Source: a virus (Duplodnaviria > Caudoviricetes). From it: a DNA stretch of 64,000 nucleotides. The position numbers and the translations under genes are program-made. Below are positions 29,069 to 38,105 of the stretch, one piece after another (the stretch's first letter is position 1; every line of letters begins with the position of its first letter). The notes under the pieces are model-generated. The model saw only the letters and a program-made list of their open reading frames with translations. It searched no databases and had not been told where the DNA came from. Location of the stretch: positions 915-64,914 of the IMG/VR virus record IMGVR_UViG_3300043416_000076. One strand, 5' to 3'.

Positions 29069-29484
29069 GAGTGATTCCTCACGGCCTGCGCATATTGAGA
29101 CGCTTGAGCCGCGCTGTTGTTTGCTACGTTCTGCAAACCCATTGCCCCCACGCCCCAAGCCCCGTCCGAAACCGTCACCCCAGTTCCGCCAGTACTCACC
29201 ATCTTGTATCTCTGCGCGTCAAACATACTGTCTTCGCCTCTGTAACCCCTGTTCAACACAATCGACATAGCCGCATCTAAAGTCTCAGCGCGGTTAAGTT
29301 CCATTTGCGCTTTGTGGTGAGTGCGTTTGAGCATAAACCGTTCGTATCGCGTAAGGCTTGATTCGTCGGCCAAGTTACGCAACATTCTTAAGTGACTGGC
29401 ATCAAACTCAACATCAAACTTTTCAAGCAAAGCTTTTAGTTGATCGGGCAGTGGGGCGCGAAGTATCTTCTCGGTAAGTTTCAT
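29065..29484 (-). CDS. Hypothetical protein
   Basis: Overlaps with both neighbours. Confidence 0.55.
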   Translation of the reverse strand: MKLTEKILRAPLPDQLKALLEKFDVEFDASHLRMLRNLADESSLTRYERFMLKRTHHKAQMELNRAETLDAAMSIVLNRGYRGEDSMFDAQRYKMVSTGGTGVTVSDGAWGVGAMGLQNVANNSAAQASQYAQAVRNHS

Positions 29485-29822
29485 TTCTTTTCCTTTACAA
29501 GGTTTCTCAACAGATCACTTGTGTTATAGCTATCAACACCAATCAACACGTCTTTCAATTCGTCCATGTTGTTTTCGTTTATCACAAGGGCTACGCCTCC
29601 AGCGTTGCGGATGCGTTGCAGTTCGCGGTCTTGCAGGGCAGTAGTCTTTCCCTTGCCCGCTTTGCATTCGATGGCTAGGAAGTAACCATGCAAGCAGACT
29701 ATGATGTCGGGAATGCCCGCACGGCCTAAGCCGTTGGCTGCGGGAAAAAAGTAGTATGCTCCATGCTCTTTGAGCATATCGACACATTGGTTCTTTACTT
29801 TTCTTTCGGGGGTTACGGCCAC
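29481..29822 (-). CDS. VRR-NUC-family endonuclease / resolvase
   Basis: GIPDII...FLAIECKA...TALQ; GTG start at 29822 after AGGAG. Confidence 0.85.
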   Translation of the reverse strand: MAVTPERKVKNQCVDMLKEHGAYYFFPAANGLGRAGIPDIIVCLHGYFLAIECKAGKGKTTALQDRELQRIRNAGGVALVINENNMDELKDVLIGVDSYNTSDLLRNLVKEKK

Positions 29823-29844
29823 ACTTATCTCCTGTGAAGCCTCT

Positions 29845-29876
29845 AATATAGGGGTAACTTTAGACTTTGTCAAGTC
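29845..29876 (-). promoter_or_regulatory. sigma70 promoter of the replication module with a palindromic operator over the -35
   Basis: TTGACA (29868-29873)-17 bp-TATATT (29845-29850); AGACTT-N4-AAGTCT overlaps the -35. Confidence 0.8.
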
Positions 29877-29904
29877 TTTTTAATAGGGGTATCTACTATA
29901 CCCC

Positions 29905-29933
29905 GAACATACCAACGCGGTGTTGGTTTGTTC
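29905..29933. repeat. Early-region palindrome, copy 1
   Basis: GAACATACCAAC-GCGGT-GTTGGTTTGTTC. Confidence 0.85.
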
Positions 29934-29937
29934 AGGC

Positions 29938-29964
29938 AAAAAAAGACCCGCACATAGGCGGGTC
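29938..29964 (-). terminator. Intrinsic terminator ending the early region
   Basis: GACCCGC/GCGGGTC stem with a 7-nt U-tract on the - strand. Confidence 0.8.
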
Positions 29965-29982
29965 AAAGGGAGCAATCAAAGG

Positions 29983-30840
29983 TTACATAAGAATCATGAA
30001 GTGTTTATCATTGTACCTGTAACCTACGTCACGCACAAGTTCGTCGTCTTGCATTAGCTGTAGCACTGCGATACGCTCTTGCCACGACTGGGGTAGACTT
30101 GCGTACTCAAGCGCCATGATGACATCATGTTCATCCCTGAAGATGTACTGCCCGTCCTTCTCAGCGATGACGGTTGTTTTATCGTTGCCGCGCAACATCT
30201 CAAAGTCAGTCGCTAGTTCGTACTCACCCATAGCTTGCGCATACGCATCAGATTCAAAGATCTCCCTCATGTGGTTGTTGATCTCATCGGGGATGGGTAT
30301 GTCGCGGACAACACAGTACGCCCACTTCTGTAGGTACACGCTGTCTTTGATAAGCCTCCTGTCTGCAATAGGTCTTCGCAAGGCTTGCGTGCACTGAATC
30401 ACATTGGATGTGACTGTGTCAACGGCCTTCTTCAAGAACTCGCTGTGATCCATACGGATGAACGACTTCTTCACCTTACGTGCGGCAATGTCCAGCTTCT
30501 CTGTTCTGGTTATGTTCTGCCCGCCACGGACAGTCTCGATGCGCCACGACTTGATCTCGTACAACGGCTTGTATGAATTACGTCTGTACCCACTGTCAAC
30601 AGATATCTGCCCGAGCATCTCGCCCTCCTCTCGCACAATGATAGTGCGCGTGTAGGTAAACCCATCCGGTGCTTTACCTGCGGAGTCATCATACTTGTAG
30701 CCTATCGCTCTGGTTTGAGAATCCTTATTGGTTGTGAAAGCCCATTTCGGATTGTTGAGCGCGAGCTTATCCACCAGTACCTTGAGGTACGGGTCGATCA
30801 GCCTGTCTGCCGGTAGTCTTATGTTTGCAAAGTTACTCAT
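29983..30840 (-). CDS. Early hypothetical protein
   Basis: 285-aa ORF directly after the DUF3150-like gene. Confidence 0.7.
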   Translation of the reverse strand: MSNFANIRLPADRLIDPYLKVLVDKLALNNPKWAFTTNKDSQTRAIGYKYDDSAGKAPDGFTYTRTIIVREEGEMLGQISVDSGYRRNSYKPLYEIKSWRIETVRGGQNITRTEKLDIAARKVKKSFIRMDHSEFLKKAVDTVTSNVIQCTQALRRPIADRRLIKDSVYLQKWAYCVVRDIPIPDEINNHMREIFESDAYAQAMGEYELATDFEMLRGNDKTTVIAEKDGQYIFRDEHDVIMALEYASLPQSWQERIAVLQLMQDDELVRDVGYRYNDKHFMILM

Positions 30841-30844
30841 GCGT

Positions 30845-31717
30845 TCACCATTGGAATTTGTTGAGGATATCGTCTACGCTGTGCTTCAACTCAGCGCGTG
30901 CGCTAGGTATCTTGCGTAGGTCTTCCGCGTCGATGCCATTGATTGCTTTCTCTAGCATACGTCGAGCTTCTTCAAGCGCTGGGTCTTTCATCACGTTGAG
31001 TACGGACAACAGACCACATAACTCTAGAGCGTTGTTGACCAGACTATCGCGAAAGATATTGCGTTTGCCATCTTCCTTGTCAGTCAGGGTCTCACTCATC
31101 CGTGCCAACATCTTGTGCAGTCTGTCCCACGGATCACGCATAGCCTCGATCATCTTGTTGTTAAACATCTTGTCGTACTGCTCAGCCAAGTCCTGACGTA
31201 CACGTTCCTCGCATTGGATGCGGAAGTCACCCTTCTCTGGGACGGGGAGAAAGTTGAACTCAAACTTGAAGCGACGGGGCAAAGATGCGGCATCGGGAAA
31301 CTCTGACGCATCGAAGTACTTACCGAGCTTGAACGCCTGCGCACTAACCAACGTCGGGTAAGCTAGTATGAAGTCATTGACTAGCGAGTTGAAGTTGGAT
31401 TCCATAGTACCGAGCTGTTCACGATAGCTGAAGAAGTTCTCCATCGGGAGTAAGCCGATACCCTTCATCCACGGCAGGGTCTGCGTACCATTCCACGCAC
31501 GACACTTAGCCGCGTACTTCTCTATCTTGTTGAGATGATCACTGCCCGCCATGAGGTACTTGTACACAGAGCTTGCGTCTTGGTCAGCTTCCTTAGCTGT
31601 GTTCAGGTCAGCAGTGGTTTCCTTGTCACGCTTACGCGCAGTCCACGTACTGATACGGAGTTCGACAAGCATAGCCATAGAGGCCAGCGAGATTGAGGGA
31701 GATTCAAAAGTTTGCAT
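30845..31717 (-). CDS. DUF3150-like protein
   Basis: LVELRISTWTARKRD N-terminus; helical C-terminus (RDPW.RL...IFRDSL); ATG 31717. Confidence 0.65.
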   Translation of the reverse strand: MQTFESPSISLASMAMLVELRISTWTARKRDKETTADLNTAKEADQDASSVYKYLMAGSDHLNKIEKYAAKCRAWNGTQTLPWMKGIGLLPMENFFSYREQLGTMESNFNSLVNDFILAYPTLVSAQAFKLGKYFDASEFPDAASLPRRFKFEFNFLPVPEKGDFRIQCEERVRQDLAEQYDKMFNNKMIEAMRDPWDRLHKMLARMSETLTDKEDGKRNIFRDSLVNNALELCGLLSVLNVMKDPALEEARRMLEKAINGIDAEDLRKIPSARAELKHSVDDILNKFQW

Positions 31718-31745
31718 TTGGTTTCCAATATAGGTTGATTGACAC

Positions 31746-31774
31746 GAACATACCAACGGGATGTTGGTTTGTTC
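31746..31774. repeat. Early-region palindrome, copy 2
   Basis: GAACATACCAAC-GGGAT-GTTGGTTTGTTC. Confidence 0.85.
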
Positions 31775-32819
31775 AAAGTAACTCCGTGAATACGTTTACG
31801 TATTCCGAGTTCTGCTTGGTTGGGATTTCGCCCGCCCCAAGTGGCTCTTTCACAAAGCACTCGTCAAAGTGCAAGTGCAAAATGATTTCTTTGAGATACT
31901 CCATAGCGTCTGCACGGGTGAGCGTAATAGACCACATGAACTCATCAGCAACACGCACACGTCCTCGTTCGCCTTGCTGTCTAGTCATCACATAAAGCGC
32001 GGTTACCCAGTTGTCGCTGAGTGGGCCTGTGACCCAGTCCATAAACAACCTACAAGCTTCCGTGTGAAAGCCTTGTCTATTGCCACGCCATTGGCCTTTC
32101 CCGCCATGCGGTAAGTGCTCACGGTTACGCCCGATCTGCCATCGGTCAGGGGTGTTTGCATCTGCGGGTCTCATGACCCAGTCAGCCGACCACTTCTCAA
32201 ACCCTTTAATGGACATGAGACCAAGCTCTTTGTACAAAGCATCCATCGCGGCATCCATCTCGTCGACAGGATCTTTCGGGACGTTGTCGATCGACTGCAC
32301 CAACTCCATCCATTCGAGGAACGGCTCGCAGTCTCTGAGATACTTCTTCTCCACGCCACGCTTCTTTCTGATTGCGTACTCCATCGGAACGTCAATCAGT
32401 TCTATAGAATGCAGCGTGTCCTTGAACTTAAAGCTCTTGCCTTGGGGTAACAGGAACCTCTGTTCTTTGACAACCAAGCACATGCGCCCTCTGTCCCAGT
32501 CAAAACCTACGCTACTGGGTACGTAGTTCTGAATGTTCCCAACCACAAACGGTGAGTGGTAATGTGGAGAGAACACTTCGAATGTGTTGTCCGATTTCCA
32601 CACTACCAACGGCTTGCCGTAGTAGAGCAGTTGAACTGTGTCCTCGTCAGGCATAGCGATGCTCGCCATGTGGTGCTTCTTGCGCTCACCAAGTGGGACA
32701 GCGCCCTTCGCTTGCTTACTGCGAATAGGTGTAGTTGATTTGAATTTCTGTACCGCAGCCTCGAATGATTCAAGGCACGGCACGTTTGCTGTGTTGTATC
32801 CGCTGTATCCGTATCCCAT
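31773..32819 (-). CDS. Early hypothetical protein
   Basis: Long ORF with RBS AAGGAAG. Confidence 0.7.
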   Translation of the reverse strand: MGYGYSGYNTANVPCLESFEAAVQKFKSTTPIRSKQAKGAVPLGERKKHHMASIAMPDEDTVQLLYYGKPLVVWKSDNTFEVFSPHYHSPFVVGNIQNYVPSSVGFDWDRGRMCLVVKEQRFLLPQGKSFKFKDTLHSIELIDVPMEYAIRKKRGVEKKYLRDCEPFLEWMELVQSIDNVPKDPVDEMDAAMDALYKELGLMSIKGFEKWSADWVMRPADANTPDRWQIGRNREHLPHGGKGQWRGNRQGFHTEACRLFMDWVTGPLSDNWVTALYVMTRQQGERGRVRVADEFMWSITLTRADAMEYLKEIILHLHFDECFVKEPLGAGEIPTKQNSEYVNVFTELL

Positions 32820-32980
32820 CACATCTTCCTTTCAATAAAGAGGGAAATTAAGTGGCGAACCACCTGTCCGTTCGTAGGCTCAAAGCCCATCAGTCCTACC
32901 AGTTGTTCTCTTACGGTCTGCAAGAGATCAAAGGTTTCTTTGTTAAGGGCAACCGAGTACCCCGTTTTTGAATTGGTCAT
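32819..32980 (-). CDS. 53-aa putative DNA-binding protein (not in ORF track)
   Basis: Translated by hand: MTNSKTGYSVALNKETFDLLQTVREQLVGLMGFEPTNGQVVRHLISLLFERKM; RHH-like pattern. Confidence 0.55.
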   Translation of the reverse strand: MTNSKTGYSVALNKETFDLLQTVREQLVGLMGFEPTNGQVVRHLISLFIERKM

Positions 32981-33234
32981 CGTTTCTTCTCCGCAAGAAT
33001 CTTCATGTTGGTATCAATATCCAACTGCATAATCCCAGTCATTGGCGCAATGGTTGCCGCCTTCGGGTCAGGCTCGGCTATGACTGTGTTGTTTCTGTTT
33101 TCGTGCCCGTTACCAAGCCATGATGTAGTAATGCGTGACGCACCACACAAGACCCGCGAGATATCCATAGCCTCTTCCATGCCCAACAAAAACTTTTGAT
33201 CCCCAATAAAAAGAATCACTTGATTTTCATCCAT
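32977..33234 (-). CDS. Hypothetical protein
   Basis: ATG 33234 with RBS GGAGG. Confidence 0.55.
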   Translation of the reverse strand: MDENQVILFIGDQKFLLGMEEAMDISRVLCGASRITTSWLGNGHENRNNTVIAEPDPKAATIAPMTGIMQLDIDTNMKILAEKKR

Positions 33235-33664
33235 ACTGTTTTCCTCCAAGAACTACAAACCAACCCAATAAGGGGCTATCGTTTTTACATTTCACTGCGT
33301 ACGGGAAACCTTCTTCCAGTAATCGCAGCAGCTTGCTAGGGAATAGATACTTATTGGATGAGTCCTCACCCAAGTCATCTACTTCTCCCACCATCCAACG
33401 ATGAAGTTTCTCCAGACCATCAGGGTTCTTCAAGTCAAGCGGAGTAACTCCAGCGTTGTGCATCGCGCCCATCACCTCAACATGGTGGCCGAAACCTTCC
33501 GCGAATTCGACATCTGCGTCGACCCCTTGGATAAGTCTCATGCCCGCTGGGTTAAAGCGCGCCTCCAACCACGTGCAGTCTGTGTTCACCCCAATGGAGC
33601 GATACCACTTCTTGCATACGATCAGTGGATCAGCATCAGTTAGTAATGACGAGTTTTTGTCCAT
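33227..33664 (-). CDS. Hypothetical protein
   Basis: ATG 33664; overlaps both neighbours. Confidence 0.5.
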   Translation of the reverse strand: MDKNSSLLTDADPLIVCKKWYRSIGVNTDCTWLEARFNPAGMRLIQGVDADVEFAEGFGHHVEVMGAMHNAGVTPLDLKNPDGLEKLHRWMVGEVDDLGEDSSNKYLFPSKLLRLLEEGFPYAVKCKNDSPLLGWFVVLGGKQYG

Positions 33665-34934
33665 TCGGAACCTCGTAGTTATCGTTACCGATGATGCACC
33701 ACAGAGTAGGTTGCGTGATCGCAGACCACTTACCCTTGTTGGTGTGCATGTAACCATCACTCAGCATGATGATCGCGTCGGGCTTCAACTGCTTCTCAAG
33801 AATCAGATCAACCACAACGTCAGGGTTCGTACCACCACCGCCTTTGGGATTGGTGCGGTGCACAATGTCCTTGGTAGAACCTGTAAAGATTTCATGCGCC
33901 TGTACCTCTGCGTCCCAGTACACGATGTCGATGCGGTCGATGCCAACTGACTTGACCAAGCCATTCATCTCGGAGAGAAAGTCCGTGAGCAACTGCCCTT
34001 CTACAGAACCGGATGTGTCCATCGCCAGCAACAGATACTTCATGCGCTTGCCAAGGATGCTCGGCAGGATGATGTCTTGCCACAAGAAGTTCTTGTGCGC
34101 CCTGCGCCATGAGATAGAGTCCCTGTCCTTGATGTTGTTCCGGGTGAATCTTTTCAGCACCTCTCGCCAGTCAACCTTGGGGTTGAGAAGCTCGCCGATC
34201 TCGCGTGGTGTCTTGCCGCCAAACTTGCCCGCATAGATACCACCTTGGCGTATGGCCTGCTCGATCTCTTGGGTGAGTTGCTTCTTCTCTTCCTCGGACA
34301 TCTCTTGCGCACCATCCCAGTCATGGGCATCGAAGCCTTCCTTGTCACCGAACTTACCAACACTTGGTTGGTTTGTTCCGTCCTTGGCTTTGCCTTTGCC
34401 TGACCCGTCGATAGGATTGCCGTTGCCTTCCTCGCCTTCTTCACCTTTACCACCCTTGCACTTCTTCATGAGAATGTCGAAGACTTGCTTGGTGTCCATG
34501 CCACGATAAGCAGGGTCGAGTAAACCATCAAGCTCACCTGTTTCTTTAGAACGGGGAAACGCGATGAATTCCTCATCGGGATCCATGTCTACCAACTGGA
34601 TGTTGATCACGTAGTCGCACGCCGCGCCCGCTACCTTGGGGTTGATCTCTTTCAACGCTTTCCACGTTGTCATGTGGCGATAGCACTTGTGCATGTTCTC
34701 GTGCATGACAAGAAACGCCAACTCTTTGTCGGTCAATGAGTCAGCGAATGCTCTGCCGTACCCCGCGTCACGACCGTTCGTGTACGCTGTTACAGGTCGT
34801 TCATCTATCGTCGTAGACCCGACCATGAACAAGCCCGCGAAGAACGCAAACTTCTGGTTCCTCATCAAGCTCACATGTACCAACTCGATTCGTTTCTCGG
34901 CTGATAACTTACTCTTCACAATTACTGTACTCAT
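33636..34934 (-). CDS. Metallopeptidase-like + VWA domain protein (DUF2201-like)
   Basis: HENMH (HExxH), G/K-rich linker, MIDAS DTSGS, GGGGT..., LSDG. Confidence 0.85.
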   Translation of the reverse strand: MSTVIVKSKLSAEKRIELVHVSLMRNQKFAFFAGLFMVGSTTIDERPVTAYTNGRDAGYGRAFADSLTDKELAFLVMHENMHKCYRHMTTWKALKEINPKVAGAACDYVINIQLVDMDPDEEFIAFPRSKETGELDGLLDPAYRGMDTKQVFDILMKKCKGGKGEEGEEGNGNPIDGSGKGKAKDGTNQPSVGKFGDKEGFDAHDWDGAQEMSEEEKKQLTQEIEQAIRQGGIYAGKFGGKTPREIGELLNPKVDWREVLKRFTRNNIKDRDSISWRRAHKNFLWQDIILPSILGKRMKYLLLAMDTSGSVEGQLLTDFLSEMNGLVKSVGIDRIDIVYWDAEVQAHEIFTGSTKDIVHRTNPKGGGGTNPDVVVDLILEKQLKPDAIIMLSDGYMHTNKGKWSAITQPTLWCIIGNDNYEVPNGQKLVITN

Positions 34935-35119
34935 GATTGCTGTTCCTTTCTAAATTGTTCAAACTTTGCGACGACATCATCACGCACTTCTTTGTTCTCA
35001 AGAAGAACCTTGATGAATACATCCGCGCCTCTCGCCTCGCTCTTGTACTTGAGCGCATAGCCCGTAGCTATGATCGCCCACGCAAACAATACGATTTCTA
35101 TGGTCGATACTTCAATCAT
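34931..35119 (-). CDS. Small membrane protein
   Basis: N-terminal TM segment; RBS GGAGG. Confidence 0.55.
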   Translation of the reverse strand: MIEVSTIEIVLFAWAIIATGYALKYKSEARGADVFIKVLLENKEVRDDVVAKFEQFRKEQQS

Positions 35120-35276
35120 TTGGGTGTCCTCCTGTTTCTTTGACATCAAGAATCCACATCTCCAAGAGATGGGCTTCCTCGTTTAAGTCAAGCATGCGCA
35201 AGTGTTGAGCAAGCTGCATGCCGGTTTGATAGACCTTCTCGACGGTCTGTTCTCGGGTGGTCTCTGGTATCGTCAT
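35112..35276 (-). CDS. 54-aa hypothetical protein (not in ORF track)
   Basis: Translated by hand (MTIPETTREQ...GGHPND); RBS GGAGAG. Confidence 0.5.
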   Translation of the reverse strand: MTIPETTREQTVEKVYQTGMQLAQHLRMLDLNEEAHLLEMWILDVKETGGHPND

Positions 35277-35285
35277 GGTCTCTCC

Positions 35286-35540
35286 CTAGTTGGGTTTATC
35301 GGTGTCAAGCTCGACCATGTGCAACGCTTGCATGTCGTACACGTTAGAAACGGTATCCATCAAATCATCCTTGTCTATATCAAACTCAATGGTCATGCCG
35401 CAGAGCATATTGACAAGTACGTTCCAGACCATAGCTTTAGTCAACTCCGAGGCATTGAATAGTGCCCCAATGGCTTTCTGCACCGCACGTATACGCGCTT
35501 CTTCAATGTCATCAGCTCGTCTAACTTTTTCAATACTCAT
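35286..35540 (-). CDS. Hypothetical protein
   Basis: ATGA overlap, RBS AGGA. Confidence 0.55.
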   Translation of the reverse strand: MSIEKVRRADDIEEARIRAVQKAIGALFNASELTKAMVWNVLVNMLCGMTIEFDIDKDDLMDTVSNVYDMQALHMVELDTDKPN

Positions 35541-35722
35541 TTTGATTCCTTTAATAATTGTTTAAAGTCTTGCTCTATTCTTTCAAGTTTCCACTTAAAC
35601 TCTTCGAGCATCTCTCGTTTGTTTTCATACCCCATGTCTTTGTAAGACTCGCCTCTAAGTTGGTCGCACACATCAAAATAAATTTCTTGGATGTGCGTTA
35701 AGGTGTTTAACTCAATACTCAT
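35537..35722 (-). CDS. Hypothetical protein
   Basis: ATGA overlap, RBS AGGAG. Confidence 0.55.
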   Translation of the reverse strand: MSIELNTLTHIQEIYFDVCDQLRGESYKDMGYENKREMLEEFKWKLERIEQDFKQLLKESK

Positions 35723-35961
35723 TTTGCTCTCCTGATAAATTTACCTTCCAAGTCAAACTCGTAGGTAGGAAACTGCTGTTCCAACTGCTTGGCCATGCGA
35801 GTCATGGTTGAAGTGGCTTGCAATACCAGACCGCGAGCCTCGAGTACCTCGCCCGCTGTGGCTTTGTTGTTGTAGACCAGCTTGTGGACATGATCCTGCA
35901 TACGCTTGTACGTTGCAACCATGCCACGCCACGCCAATTTTGATTCTTCCAATGTCATCAT
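35719..35961 (-). CDS. Hypothetical protein
   Basis: ATG 35961 with RBS GGGGAG. Confidence 0.55.
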   Translation of the reverse strand: MMTLEESKLAWRGMVATYKRMQDHVHKLVYNNKATAGEVLEARGLVLQATSTMTRMAKQLEQQFPTYEFDLEGKFIRRAK

Positions 35962-36116
35962 GATTTCTCCCCTGTTGTTGGTGAACATTCCAACACCGTG
36001 TTGGTTTGTTCCTCGTCTACTACCACACTAATGATGCGAACGCCTTCAAAGATCTCGACAATCTCGTAGATCGCGCCCGCTCTGTCTAACGCATCGTAAA
36101 GTTCTGATGGTGTCAT
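35958..36116 (-). CDS. 52-aa hypothetical protein (not in ORF track)
   Basis: Translated by hand (MTPSELYDALD...GEKS); ATGA overlaps on both sides. Confidence 0.5.
   Translation of the reverse strand: MTPSELYDALDRAGAIYEIVEIFEGVRIISVVVDEEQTNTVLECSPTTGEKS
35983..36011. repeat. Early-region palindrome, copy 3
   Basis: GAACATTCCAAC-ACCGT-GTTGGTTTGTTC. Confidence 0.8.
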
Positions 36117-36286
36117 ACCTCATCCCCCTTGATTTCAACCATGCGCAACACACCCTCGGGTGCGGTTGCAACCACTGCGTCATACTGATCCCATGCCTGA
36201 CACCCATGACACTCGGCATCATGCGTGGGGCATCGCTCGCCCCAATAGAACAACATCGCTTCGTGTATTGCATTTCGTTCGTTCAT
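36113..36286 (-). CDS. 57-aa Cys-containing protein (not in ORF track)
   Basis: Translated by hand; WGERCP......C..C.AW; RBS AAGGA. Confidence 0.55.
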   Translation of the reverse strand: MNERNAIHEAMLFYWGERCPTHDAECHGCQAWDQYDAVVATAPEGVLRMVEIKGDEV

Positions 36287-36468
36287 TTCGTTTCCTTTCT
36301 GGATGACGCAAAAAACCCCAACACCATTTCGTATTCGTCGGGATACGCGTTTCTCATGTCAACCATCAACTTGACAAAAGCGTAATCGTTCTGCACCTCT
36401 TTCCTAAAAATGACAAGGCACTCGATTACATACATCCATGCAACTATTGCGTCTGTGTTCATGATCAA
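36283..36468 (-). CDS. Hypothetical protein
   Basis: Overlaps the AAA stop and the next start. Confidence 0.5.
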   Translation of the reverse strand: MIMNTDAIVAWMYVIECLVIFRKEVQNDYAFVKLMVDMRNAYPDEYEMVLGFFASSRKETK

Positions 36469-37544
36469 CCTTTCAATCCGGCAAACATGTACTGGTTCTC
36501 ACGCGCCCATGTAACGAACGAGGGGTGAGACATGACCCATGCTTTCTTGACAGGGATCTCGAGGATCTGGTTGATAAAGACAGCCTGTGTTTCTTTGGGC
36601 ATACGCTTGAGGTAGCGCATCCATGTTGCGAACGTCTCGCGGGTAGAGACAGCCACGGCCTTGAACGCCAAGATGCATTGAGCCGCTGGGCTTGTCGGTA
36701 TAGGGGTCGTATCAGGACTGGAGAGGATCGTTTCAGTCATGGGCAACTGATCGGACAGGGAGATGTACGCCTGCAAGTCCCGCGATGCAGGCCTACCGAT
36801 CGTGCCGTCGAGTGCCGCGATCAACGAATTCTCTGATATGTTGCGACGCACATTGATCCAATGCGATGCCTTGTACGCAGTACGGGGACAGAAGAACGCT
36901 TCCTGCGATGAGTCAGTCGGCTGATAGATGTACGTATTCTCTTTCTGCCCGCCATCCAAGTACGAAGCCATGCAATGCGGGTATTCCTTAACCCACGCTT
37001 GCATCTCAGGTGCTACGCCGTTGTTGCCCGCCCAGACCAACCACTCAGTCGCACTCGGTTTCATGTAGTTGATCCACGTCTCGCGGCTACGGGTATGAGC
37101 CTTGACATGATCACCCACATTGTCCGAACCCAAGTTGCCCGTCGTGAAGACAAGGGTCTCGGGGTGCAACTCATACTCGCCTTGTCTGCGCTCATGCAGT
37201 AGTGGGTGCAGGGTGTTGCGCACATAGTCATCAGTCTTTGTCCACTCGTCGATCATGATGACAAGGGGTTCGCCTGTGTGCAAACCATAACGCGCTGCGG
37301 GATAAAAATCCAAGGTACGAGTCGTGTGGTTGGGGATTGGCATACCGGACTGGCCGACATCGGTGTTGGGGCCGTCGATGTAGATGCCCTTGAATCCGGT
37401 GCGTTTGATGATCTCTTTGTGCATGGCAGTCTTACCAACTCCGGGTTCTCCAGTAAGGTGTACTGCATTCTCGCCCGCGTTGAGGATGAGGTCGACGGTC
37501 TCTGTGAAGTTGAGCCGACGGACAAATGATATTTCTCTTGACAT
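36465..37544 (-). CDS. AAA+ ATPase (MoxR/CobS-like)
   Basis: GEPGVGKT Walker A, VIMIDE Walker B, TTGN sensor 1. Confidence 0.88.
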   Translation of the reverse strand: MSREISFVRRLNFTETVDLILNAGENAVHLTGEPGVGKTAMHKEIIKRTGFKGIYIDGPNTDVGQSGMPIPNHTTRTLDFYPAARYGLHTGEPLVIMIDEWTKTDDYVRNTLHPLLHERRQGEYELHPETLVFTTGNLGSDNVGDHVKAHTRSRETWINYMKPSATEWLVWAGNNGVAPEMQAWVKEYPHCMASYLDGGQKENTYIYQPTDSSQEAFFCPRTAYKASHWINVRRNISENSLIAALDGTIGRPASRDLQAYISLSDQLPMTETILSSPDTTPIPTSPAAQCILAFKAVAVSTRETFATWMRYLKRMPKETQAVFINQILEIPVKKAWVMSHPSFVTWARENQYMFAGLKG

Positions 37545-37574
37545 TTTGATTTCCTTGATAAGAAAGAGTTATAA

Positions 37575-37604
37575 GAACATACCAACAGGGGTGTTGGTTA
37601 GTTC
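37575..37604. repeat. Early-region palindrome, copy 4
   Basis: GAACATACCAAC-AGGGGT-GTTGGTTAGTTC. Confidence 0.8.
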
Positions 37605-37879
37605 GATCGGGTGTTCTTCTGATTCGTATCCAACAGAACCTGCGGGGCAGCTTCGGGAGTTACGAGCATGTACGGCCCCTTGCCGTACGTCTGCACCACG
37701 CACCAAGATGCGCGATCAGCGACTGCGGCTTCTTGCCCGCAGTGTAGGCAGAGTGTGTAGCCAATGGCCCAACGCTCTGCATGGACGTCATCCCCGCATA
37801 GGGTGCATGACTTCCAGTCGAAACGATCATCGACGTGGCTGCCGTGATCGTCATTCAATTCTGTAGAATATGTAGTCAC
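37598..37879 (-). CDS. Zinc-finger protein
   Basis: CTLCG...R...GY.LCLHCG. Confidence 0.65.
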   Translation of the reverse strand: MTTYSTELNDDHGSHVDDRFDWKSCTLCGDDVHAERWAIGYTLCLHCGQEAAVADRASWCVVQTYGKGPYMLVTPEAAPQVLLDTNQKNTRSN

Positions 37880-38073
37880 AGGATGTTGTAGCCTTTGAGG
37901 TAGCGCATCTGCTCGAGGTCTTGGGCAAACTCGACGATGGTCAAACCGTAGTGTTCGTCGTCATGGTCGAAGAACTCATGAGACCCGTCGAGATCCATGT
38001 CTGGATCGACGGTGTTGGTTGCAAGGTAGTGTGAGTGCTGTAAGGCATCCCACTTGGTGTCTGTTGTACGCAT
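37876..38073 (-). CDS. Acidic hypothetical protein
   Basis: ATG 38073 with RBS GGAG. Confidence 0.55.
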   Translation of the reverse strand: MRTTDTKWDALQHSHYLATNTVDPDMDLDGSHEFFDHDDEHYGLTIVEFAQDLEQMRYLKGYNIL

Positions 38074-38105
38074 GAAGCATCTCCAATAAAGGACTGAAAG
38101 AACCC

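Noticed and set aside
29823-29873. TTG-initiated N-terminal extension of the VRR-NUC gene in the ORF track
   Set aside because: The TTG is the -35 hexamer of the promoter; the real start is GTG 29822 after AGGAG. Similar over-long starts were trimmed for polA, terS, terL and many small ORFs.
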